Of a stretch of 64,000 nt of DNA, positions 10,006-17,065 are shown in pieces (the stretch's first letter is position 1; each line of letters starts with the position of its first letter). A program made the translations under genes and the position numbers. Source of the DNA: a bacterium HR34 (GTDB lineage: Bacteria; Patescibacteriota; Minisyncoccia; Minisyncoccales; HRBIN34); NCBI GenBank assembly GCA_002923395.1, contig BEIK01000001.1, positions 21,331 through 85,330 on the forward strand, written 5' to 3'. The notes under the pieces are model-generated. The model was not told the origin of the DNA and searched no databases. It was given only the letters and a program-made list of their open reading frames with translations.

Positions 10006-10462
10006 AAATACTACTGCTTTTTAATTTTCTTTCAATTTCCTTTTTTATTGATCTTTCTTTTAATTTTTCTTTTTTGCTATATTTTTTCTTGTACTTGGCT
10101 ATTGCAAACTCTAATTTTATTAATCCATTTTTAGAGTATACTTTAAGTGGTATAAAAGTCAACCCTTTTTCTCTAAATTTTCCTATTAAATATTTTATTT
10201 CGTTTTTTTTAAGTAACAATTTTCTATCTCTTTCCGGATTATACTCTCCTGTTATATTTTTAGGCTGCCATGGTGGTATGTTTGCTCCAACAAGGTAAAA
10301 TTCATTATTTTTTAAAATAACAAAAGATCCTTTTATACTCATTCTGCCTGCTTTTACTGATTTTACTTCTTGTCCGTTCAAGATAATGCCTGCTTCAACC
10401 TTTTCAAGGATATCATAATCATGGTAAGCTCTTTTATTTTCTTGAATAACTCTAATGCCCAT
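9998..10462 (-). CDS. smpB: SsrA-binding protein SmpB
   Basis: RVIQENKRAYHDYDILEKVEAGIILNGQEVKSVK...LVGANIPPWQ matches SmpB. Its stop codon overlaps the first bases of the tmRNA gene. Confidence 0.9.
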   Translation of the reverse strand: MGIRVIQENKRAYHDYDILEKVEAGIILNGQEVKSVKAGRMSIKGSFVILKNNEFYLVGANIPPWQPKNITGEYNPERDRKLLLKKNEIKYLIGKFREKGLTFIPLKVYSKNGLIKLEFAIAKYKKKYSKKEKLKERSIKKEIERKLKSSSIWG

Positions 10463-10528
10463 TAACTTCTTTCACTGCTTTTAAATTCTTAAAATTTCAG
10501 GGACCATTTTTATTTTCCATGTTATCTT

Positions 10529-10604
10529 TGGAGCGGGTGACGGGATTTGAACCCGCGACCTTCTCCATGGCAAGGAGACGTTCTAGCCGCTGAACTACAC
10601 CCGC
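10529..10604 (-). tRNA. tRNA-Gly (anticodon GCC)
   Basis: The minus-strand sequence GCGGGTGTAGTTCAGCGGCTAGAACGTCTCCTTGCCATGGAGAAGGTCGCGGGTTCAAATCCCGTCACCCGCTCCA folds as a cloverleaf with anticodon loop TTGCCAT and an encoded CCA. Confidence 0.85.
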
Positions 10605-10646
10605 ATACTAATATTATATATAAATTTTATTTATTTTCAAAATTAT

Positions 10647-11501
10647 TTAAGATTCTATTAATTCTTTTTCATTTCTCAAAAATATAAATTCTTTTTCTGA
10701 TATACTTTCGGGATAGTATTTTTCTAAAATCTTCCTCTCTAATGCCGCAACTTCTTTTATAGAACTTCCTTTTTTATTTAAGTATTTTTCTATTTTATGA
10801 ATCATTATTACCTCTTTTAAATTGAGATCTTTTTTGCCATTCTCTAGATAATATATTAAATTTTCAAAAAATTTGGCTGAAAAAAAGAGACTTTTTTCTT
10901 TCTTTTCAATTTCGGAGACGTCATCTTTTATTATTTCCTTTTTTTCTGATAATGTTTTCAAATAATTCAAAAATTCATCCATCTGATTAAGATACAATGT
11001 TTCGAAATTCTTTCGTATACTCTCTTTTTTATCTTCATCTATCTTATCGCTTTTTATGAGTTCGATAATTTTATAAAGATTATTACGAGTATGTTGATCA
11101 TTACAGCCTTCCATAAAATATGCTATTATTAGTTCAGGTATAATTTTTTCAATACCTATTTCTTTAAAAGTTTTAACAATTTCACTTTTTATATCTTCTT
11201 TTAGCGATCCATAATTTAACAAATAAGAAATTTCTTTTATAACTTTATAATAATTATTTTTCACATATTCACGTTTTTCCTCTTCGTTATTTTTATTTTC
11301 TAGGTCTGTTATAATGTCCCTTATCGACGTCTTGAAGTTTTTAGTAATATTAAATTTTTCTAACTCATCTTTTTTTAGTTCGAGAAAATTTAAAATCTTA
11401 TCAATTGCTTTTTCGGTATCGTCTTTCTCGACTTTTCGTTCATTTTTGTTTTCTGTGCTTATATTTTTTGGTTTTTCTGGATTATCCATAATTTTTCTCA
11501 T
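10647..11501 (-). CDS. Hypothetical K/E-rich cytoplasmic protein
   Basis: 284 aa ORF with no TM segments and highly charged, low-complexity sequence. No recognisable domain. Flanked by tRNA genes. Confidence 0.5.
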   Translation of the reverse strand: MRKIMDNPEKPKNISTENKNERKVEKDDTEKAIDKILNFLELKKDELEKFNITKNFKTSIRDIITDLENKNNEEEKREYVKNNYYKVIKEISYLLNYGSLKEDIKSEIVKTFKEIGIEKIIPELIIAYFMEGCNDQHTRNNLYKIIELIKSDKIDEDKKESIRKNFETLYLNQMDEFLNYLKTLSEKKEIIKDDVSEIEKKEKSLFFSAKFFENLIYYLENGKKDLNLKEVIMIHKIEKYLNKKGSSIKEVAALERKILEKYYPESISEKEFIFLRNEKELIES

Positions 11502-11502
11502 G

Positions 11503-11574
11503 TGCCGCAGGAGGGAATCGAACCCTCGACCCCATCGTTTTCAGCGATGTGCTCTACCACTGAGCTACCGCGGC
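11503..11574 (-). tRNA. tRNA-Phe (anticodon GAA)
   Basis: The minus-strand sequence GCCGCGGTAGCTCAGTGGTAGAGCACATCGCTGAAAACGATGGGGTCGAGGGTTCGATTCCCTCCTGCGGCA has anticodon loop CTGAAAA. Confidence 0.85.
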
Positions 11575-11577
11575 AAT

Positions 11578-11652
11578 TGGTGGGCGGTGTAGGACTTGAA
11601 CCTACGACCTTCTCGGTGTAAACGAGACGCTCTTCCACTGAGCTAACCGCCC
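11578..11652 (-). tRNA. tRNA-Val (anticodon TAC)
   Basis: The minus-strand sequence GGGCGGTTAGCTCAGTGGAAGAGCGTCTCGTTTACACCGAGAAGGTCGTAGGTTCAAGTCCTACACCGCCCACCA has anticodon loop TTTACAC. Confidence 0.85.
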
Positions 11653-11689
11653 GAAAAAGCAAGGTTGGATACCACCTTGCTTTTATTTA

Positions 11690-11956
11690 TTATAATTGTT
11701 TTAAATCTTGTTCTATTCCTTCTAATTCTTGATTTACATCAGGAATTGTTTGTTCTAAATTTTGAAGATCTTGATTTATTTCCTCAACTGTGTCTCCTGG
11801 AGTTAATGCAGGTTCTTGTTGTTGTTCTTTTTGTATTTGCGTTGTAGGTTGTTGTGTACTTTTTTCAGAAAACAAGAAGTTACTTATTATAATCAATATT
11901 ACAGCAATAATTATTAGGATTATTATATATTTTATGTTTTCTTTCACTTTGTCCAT
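11690..11956 (-). CDS. Small membrane-anchored protein with Q/E-rich coiled-coil ectodomain
   Basis: 88 aa with an N-terminal TM helix (IIILIIIAVILIIISNFLF) followed by a Gln/Glu-rich segment. No family assignment. Confidence 0.4.
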   Translation of the reverse strand: MDKVKENIKYIIILIIIAVILIIISNFLFSEKSTQQPTTQIQKEQQQEPALTPGDTVEEINQDLQNLEQTIPDVNQELEGIEQDLKQL

Positions 11957-12000
11957 AAATTTATTTTAATTTTTAATTACTATTATTTTTGTTATTCAGT

Positions 12001-12837
12001 TTATTCTGTTCCTTCATTTGTAGAGTTGCCGTTTTGATTATTTTCTTGAGCCCCAGCGCTGTTTTTCAAAGCGTCTTTGATAGATAACACAACATTCCTT
12101 ATAGATAAAACTACATCTTTAATTTCATCACGCACTTTCTTATGATCTTCGATCATTTGCTGGACTGTATTTCTGAATGCCTCTTCTAAATTTTCTACTG
12201 ATTCTATTTCTACAACATATTCTTTCGCCTGTTGTCCCAAAACAGCTGTTCTTACCTCATCTATTTTATTTCTTGCCTTATCTATTAAGTCTTTTGTTTC
12301 TGATAAATCTACCTCTCTTTTAGTTTCTATTTTTAATGTCCTATCTTCGATTTTATTTAGAACTTCTTCTAGATGGTCTAAATGTCTTAAGTATGCGTTT
12401 GTAATTTTTCGGTTTACATTATTAATTTTTTCAGATAATCTCTCAGCTAAAATTATTTTCTTCTCATCTTTTATTTGTTGTATCTTTTGTCTAAATTCTT
12501 CTTTTATCTTTTCAATTTCTTCTTTCTTTTCCTCTCTAATTTGTTTTGCTCTTTCTAAAAGTTCACTCTTTTTCTCTTCTATTGCCTTTCTTCTTTCATC
12601 TTGAAATGTTTTTAATTTTTGTTCTATTTCTTCTTCACTTTTTATTTTTTCACCTTTTAATTCTTTCACAACACTTTCTGCTTTTTCTCTAATATTTTTT
12701 AATTCTATAAATTTATCTTTTGTATTTTGCTTATCTATTTTAATATCTGTTGGTTGGTTTGTAATCTGTTGTGCTCCTACTAAAACAGGAAATACTAATA
12801 TTACTAATAATGGTAATAATATAATTTTGTTTTTCAT
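12001..12837 (-). CDS. Secreted coiled-coil K/E-rich protein
   Basis: Signal peptide (MKNKIILLPLLVILVFPVLVGAQQ) followed by about 250 aa of Lys/Glu-rich heptad-like sequence. No catalytic motifs. Confidence 0.5.
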   Translation of the reverse strand: MKNKIILLPLLVILVFPVLVGAQQITNQPTDIKIDKQNTKDKFIELKNIREKAESVVKELKGEKIKSEEEIEQKLKTFQDERRKAIEEKKSELLERAKQIREEKKEEIEKIKEEFRQKIQQIKDEKKIILAERLSEKINNVNRKITNAYLRHLDHLEEVLNKIEDRTLKIETKREVDLSETKDLIDKARNKIDEVRTAVLGQQAKEYVVEIESVENLEEAFRNTVQQMIEDHKKVRDEIKDVVLSIRNVVLSIKDALKNSAGAQENNQNGNSTNEGTE

Positions 12838-12954
12838 ACTTTTTAAATTTTAATTAATAAATTATAAATATTTTTTGTCGACCTATAATAGTTAAATTAT
12901 AAAATATTATGATATTTTTTTGAAAATAAATTTTTATTAATAAAATTTTTAAAT

Positions 12955-13041
12955 TGGTGCCCAGGGTGGGATTTGAACCCACACGCCCTTTCGGGCCCAC
13001 GCCCCTCAAACGTGTGCGTATGCCGATTCCGCCACCTGGGC
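12955..13041 (-). tRNA. tRNA-Leu (anticodon GAG), long variable arm
   Basis: The minus-strand sequence GCCCAGGTGGCGGAATCGGCATACGCACACGTTTGAGGGGCGTGGGCCCGAAAGGGCGTGTGGGTTCAAATCCCACCCTGGGCACCA has anticodon loop TTGAGGG, an extended variable arm and an encoded CCA. Confidence 0.8.
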
Positions 13042-13110
13042 AAAATAAAACTAAAATTGAGGTTTTTATATAATTTATTTTAAACCATTTTTAAGGTTTT
13101 TCCAAAGGTT

Positions 13111-13671
13111 TTATTTATTTTCTTGAGTGCTATTATTTTCTGTTTTACTATCTCCTTTTTGGTTTTGTTCTTGTTGACCGTTTTGATTTGTTGTTGTTTG
13201 TTGCTGTATTTGTTGGCTCTCTTTTTGCTGATTTTCTGTTGATTTCTCTTTGGTGGGTTGTTCTTCTTTAAGTTCTTCAGTGATTTCTTGAACTGCAGCT
13301 TCTTCTAAAATAATATTCTTCTTTCTTCTCAATTTCTCCTTTACTCTTTTAGGACTAATTTCCCTTATATAATAAATTTTAGATCTTTTTGCTATGTTAG
13401 GAGATACAATTTCTATTTTTTCAATAGTAGGTGAGTGTATCGGGAATATTCTCTCGACACCTATACCTCCTATAACTTTTCTTACTGTTATTGTCGCCTG
13501 CAACCCCTTTCCATGTTTTTTTGCTATAACAATACCTTCAAACATCTGCACTTTTTCTTTATCTCCTTCTTTTATTTTCTGATAAACTTTAACCTTATTT
13601 CCTGTTCTAATGGGAGGAATATTTGTTTTTTCTTGTTTTTTATTTATTTTTTGTACTAATAAATGTGTCAT
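13111..13671 (-). CDS. rplS: 50S ribosomal protein L19 with C-terminal Q/E/N-rich low-complexity extension
   Basis: L19 core (PIRTGNKVKVYQKIKEGDKEKVQMFEGIVIAKKHGKGLQATITVRKV...RSKIYYIRE) covers about 115 aa. An additional ~70 aa tail is rich in Q, E, N and T. Confidence 0.85.
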   Translation of the reverse strand: MTHLLVQKINKKQEKTNIPPIRTGNKVKVYQKIKEGDKEKVQMFEGIVIAKKHGKGLQATITVRKVIGGIGVERIFPIHSPTIEKIEIVSPNIAKRSKIYYIREISPKRVKEKLRRKKNIILEEAAVQEITEELKEEQPTKEKSTENQQKESQQIQQQTTTNQNGQQEQNQKGDSKTENNSTQENK

Positions 13672-13747
13672 ATTCTTGTTAAAATAAATTTATTATTAAT
13701 TATTTATACCACAATTTCTAAAAATAGCAAATTTTATTGCAGTGCAT

Positions 13748-14467
13748 TCAATCGTCAAAGTCTTCTAAATTTTTAGTAAATTCCATAAAATCAGTTGGCA
13801 GGGGAGATATAATTTCTATTTTTTTATCTTGAAATTCAAATGATATTTTGTGGGCATGAAGCATTGATCTTCTCACTTCTTTGTTTATTTTTCTCATATT
13901 TTTAAAACCATAAAGTTTGTCGCCAACAATAGCATGTCCAATAAAAGCCATATGGCACCTTATTTGATGCTTTCTGCCTGTTTTCGGAACTGCTTTTATC
14001 ATAGTTAAAACATTCTCTCCATATTTAAATCTTTTTAATACTTCATAGTAAGTTTCAGAGAATCTGTACCTTACACTTCCTTTCATTGGTATTTCATAAC
14101 ATCTTTGTTTTCTTCTGTCGGCCTTGCTTCTTGCCATAAAACATTTTATAACGCCGCTTTTCTGTTTTATATTTCCAAATACTAAAGCAATATACTCTTT
14201 TTTAATTTCACCTTTTTTGAATTTTTCCTGCATCATTTTAAGGATCTCGTTATTTTTGGCAACAAGCACAATCCCCGAAGTTTCTTTGTCTAATCTATGT
14301 ATTAATCCATATCGTGGAGGTTCACCAACATTTTTTAATTCTGGTAATGCTTTTATTAACTCTGACATTAAAGACAGTTGGTTTTCTGTTTCACTATAAA
14401 GTAGTATACCACACGGTTTTTCAACCGCTAGGATATTTTCGTTGGCTAATAAAATTTTGATTTCCAT
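13748..14467 (-). CDS. RluA-family pseudouridine synthase
   Basis: Catalytic motif HRLDKETSGIVLVAKN with essential Asp, the ILAVEKPCGIL S4-less RluA core, and a conserved C-terminal region. Confidence 0.85.
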   Translation of the reverse strand: MEIKILLANENILAVEKPCGILLYSETENQLSLMSELIKALPELKNVGEPPRYGLIHRLDKETSGIVLVAKNNEILKMMQEKFKKGEIKKEYIALVFGNIKQKSGVIKCFMARSKADRRKQRCYEIPMKGSVRYRFSETYYEVLKRFKYGENVLTMIKAVPKTGRKHQIRCHMAFIGHAIVGDKLYGFKNMRKINKEVRRSMLHAHKISFEFQDKKIEIISPLPTDFMEFTKNLEDFDD

Positions 14468-14528
14468 TGCTGTTTATTATATTTGTTTATTATATTATTT
14501 TGCTATATAACATTATACACACAAAAAT

Positions 14529-15362
14529 ATGATGATTGTAACATTTTTAAAAGAAGCCATACAAAATGAAAAATCAAAACAATTTATAGTTTTTAATGAT
14601 ATAATCGCAATAGCAATTTATCTCAATAATATTTATAATCTTAAAAACAGTTCCTTCTTACAGCATTTATTCTAATTTATTTTTTGTTACTGATGTAATA
14701 TTTACTTTTCTTTTTATGGTTGAATATGCAAGCGAATTTATTTTGCCAAAAACAGAATAAAATATATTTTTAGTCCCATTGGGATTATAGATGTTTTATC
14801 GTTTTTGCCAAGTTTAATTTTGGCGTTAATTCCTATTTTTACTCCTTTGCACACATTAAGAGTGTTGAGAGTTGTAAGGATATTGAGACTTTTGAGAATA
14901 TTAAGAATTTTAAAATTTGTTTCAATACTTTGCAGTAAATATTACGAATATTATTTAAGGTTTTCTACTATTAAAAAAATTAAAATACTTGATATTCAAA
15001 TTTATATATTTAACTTTTTCTCGTTTTTATTGGTATCTTCAACATTAATGTATATAGCAGAAAGTAGATCTGCTGATACTCCTTTTTCCAGCATACCTCA
15101 GGCTATGTGGTGGGCGATAGTTACAATTACAACTGTTGGATACGGTGATGTGATTCCTGTTACGACGCTTGGAAAAATTATAGCAGGTTTTACTATGATA
15201 GGAGACCTTGTGTTGGTAGCTTTATTGATAGCCGTTGTGGGTAGAATAGTTGAACATACTATTTTCGGATCTTTACTTTCAGAAGAAGAGAAAATTTTAC
15301 AGAAGAAAGATGCTAAGAGAAGACAATTTTATAATAATAGACCAAATAAAAGATTTAAATAA
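14529..15362 (+). pseudogene. Voltage-gated K+ channel (6TM Kv/KvAP-like), disrupted by two compensating frameshifts
   Basis: Frame 0 (14529-14672) encodes an S1-like helix (FIVFNDIIAIAIYLNNI) and stops at TAA 14673. Frame +1 (about 14674-14757) encodes an S2-like segment (VTDVIFTFLFMVEYASEFILPK). Frame 0 then resumes near 14751 with S3 (NRIKYIFSPIGIIDVLSFLPS), S4 with seven Arg at every third position (TLRVLRVVRILRLLRILRILKF), S5, pore helix plus filter (TITTVGYGDV) and S6. The shifts sit at a T-run (14676-14685) and an A5 run (14748-14752). The ORF track only calls the S3-S6 part (14805..15362, TTG start). Confidence 0.6.
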
Positions 15363-15390
15363 TTTTATCTTAGGATGATAAACTGATTGT

Positions 15391-16263
15391 TTAAGGCGCA
15401 GGTGATTTTTTCTTTGCTACAATCATGACTTCATAATAATTAACTCTAATATCTCCTTCAGGAGTTTCCTCATATTTTAATTTTTCTTTCAGTGTCTTTA
15501 TTTTATCTGACGGCGTTCTTTCAACAAGAACTTTCGCAAACTCTTTTAATTTATCTATCTTTTCATTTACTATTTTCTCTATTTCCTTATCACTTTTACC
15601 TTCCAACCTTTCTTTAGATATAAGATCGTCCTTTAATTGCGATAATGATAATGTTCTCTCAACGTCTTTTTCTTCCAAAATTTCGAAATTACTTTCTTCT
15701 AGTAATTTTATTATTTCATCTTTTGTTGGGAAGTATCTTTTTTCTGCTAATTCAAGATAACCGGCTAATTTATCCTTTTCCTTGATAAATTCTCTAAATA
15801 CTTCTTCTAGTTCTTTTGGTGCAACTGCATTCCATATAAAAAGTTTTCCTTCTGGCTTTAATATTCTGAAACATTCTTGGAAAAGTTTTACTTGTTTTTC
15901 TTTTGGTATTTCATGGATGCCCTGTTTTATTATTACTTTTGTAAAGGTGTTGTCTTTAAAAGGAGTGGATAGTGCATCTCCTTTTATAGTTGTTTCTATC
16001 CCTTCTTTCTCTGCTAGTTTAAGTTGCTTTTCGCTTTTATCCAAAAGAGTGATTTTAATATTAGGGTTTCTTTTAAGTATTCTTTTAGATATACTTCCAT
16101 AGCCTCCCATTAAATCAAGTATTTCATCATCTGGTTGGGGACCAATTATATCTATGAAATAATTTAAATTTTCTTCAGGTATTTTATATAATTTTTCATA
16201 TTCAACAATTCTATAATCATAGTCATTAGTTTTTTTATGTTCTTTTGATTCTGGTGTTTTCAT
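15391..16263 (-). CDS. Class I SAM-dependent methyltransferase with C-terminal charged extension
   Basis: Motif I (ILDLMGGYGSISKRIL) and following motifs of the UbiE/COQ5-like Rossmann methyltransferases. About 90 aa C-terminal K/E-rich tail. Confidence 0.7.
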   Translation of the reverse strand: MKTPESKEHKKTNDYDYRIVEYEKLYKIPEENLNYFIDIIGPQPDDEILDLMGGYGSISKRILKRNPNIKITLLDKSEKQLKLAEKEGIETTIKGDALSTPFKDNTFTKVIIKQGIHEIPKEKQVKLFQECFRILKPEGKLFIWNAVAPKELEEVFREFIKEKDKLAGYLELAEKRYFPTKDEIIKLLEESNFEILEEKDVERTLSLSQLKDDLISKERLEGKSDKEIEKIVNEKIDKLKEFAKVLVERTPSDKIKTLKEKLKYEETPEGDIRVNYYEVMIVAKKKSPAP

Positions 16264-16279
16264 AAATTTTTTTACTGTG

Positions 16280-16351
16280 TGCGCGCGGTAGGATTTGAAC
16301 CTACGACCTCTGCCGTGTGAAAGCAGCGCTCTGCCTCTGAGCTACGCGCGC
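16280..16351 (-). tRNA. tRNA-Val (anticodon CAC)
   Basis: The minus-strand sequence GCGCGCGTAGCTCAGAGGCAGAGCGCTGCTTTCACACGGCAGAGGTCGTAGGTTCAAATCCTACCGCGCGCA has anticodon loop TTCACAC. Confidence 0.8.
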
Positions 16352-16987
16352 ATTTTAATAAACTCTTCTTTAATTTATATTCTATATTTCTTGTATCTGT
16401 CATTATATTATACCTTTAATAAAGCACAAGTAAAACACAAGTATCCATGGTTTTTTTGTTAATTTCATTTACCTTAAATTTTTAACTGCGATCATTTAAC
16501 ACCAAATTTAAGGTTTTGCTTGAAGAATACGTATGGAAGAATACATATGCTTGAATTCACACGAAGCACTAAATTACCAAACACCAAGAGATGAAGGAAC
16601 AGGTTCTCATCACCTCCCTCATAAAAAAAATCGCCTATCCTGACAAAGCTCTTACAGAAAAACTAGAAAAGTTTTTGATAAAAAATAATATTGAATTTAA
16701 AAAACGCCATCGTGGACAATAGAACCTCTTACAGAGAAACAAAAGCATAAATACAAAAATATAAAAAAAGAGGGGATTACTACTGTGGAAATGTAATCTG
16801 CAGTTCTTTTTGTTGTCGCTCAAGTTAGGAAATTTAAAATAGCACCTGCTTTTGTTACTTCTGATGTTTTTGACGAGGAAAAATGGACGTCGGTTTAACG
16901 CAAAGCATGTAAATCAAAAACTATATCAGCCTTTCGACACCACTTAGAACGCTTGCTAAGTTAGATGTTCGAACTTTTCAACTTTTG

Positions 16988-17060
16988 TGGGCGTGGGTGG
17001 ATTCGAACCACCGACCCCAGCTTTATAAGAGCTGTGCTCTACCCGCTGAGCTACACGCCC
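16988..17060 (-). tRNA. tRNA with anticodon TAT (UAU) - putative tRNA-Ile decoding AUA
   Basis: The minus-strand sequence GGGCGTGTAGCTCAGCGGGTAGAGCACAGCTCTTATAAAGCTGGGGTCGGTGGTTCGAATCCACCCACGCCCA has perfect acceptor (7 bp), D, anticodon (CAGCT/AGCTG) and T stems. The anticodon loop is CTTATAA. Confidence 0.75.
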
Positions 17061-17065
17061 AATAC

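Noticed and set aside
9883-10298. Plus-strand ORFs 9883-10134 and 9909-10298 overlapping the tmRNA gene and smpB
   Set aside because: The region is fully accounted for by the minus-strand tmRNA and smpB. The ORFs are Phe/Leu-rich artefacts of reading T-rich antisense sequence.
11314-11592. ORFs overlapping tRNA genes (11314-11592 plus strand, 16965-17183 plus strand, 35367-35576 minus strand)
   Set aside because: Each spans one or more clear tRNA cloverleaves on the opposite strand. The translated sequences include reverse-complement tRNA sequence.
12001-12837. Apparent nucleotide repetitiveness in the 12001-12837 and 10647-11501 genes
   Set aside because: It is a consequence of K/E-rich low-complexity coding (AAA/GAA codon runs), not tandem DNA repeats or a mobile element.
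16635-16823. 62-aa minus-strand ORF in the long tRNA-Val to tRNA-Ile intergenic gap
   Set aside because: There is no RBS or start context. The sequence is hydrophobic and low-complexity and not conserved-looking. The region is kept as non-coding of unknown function.
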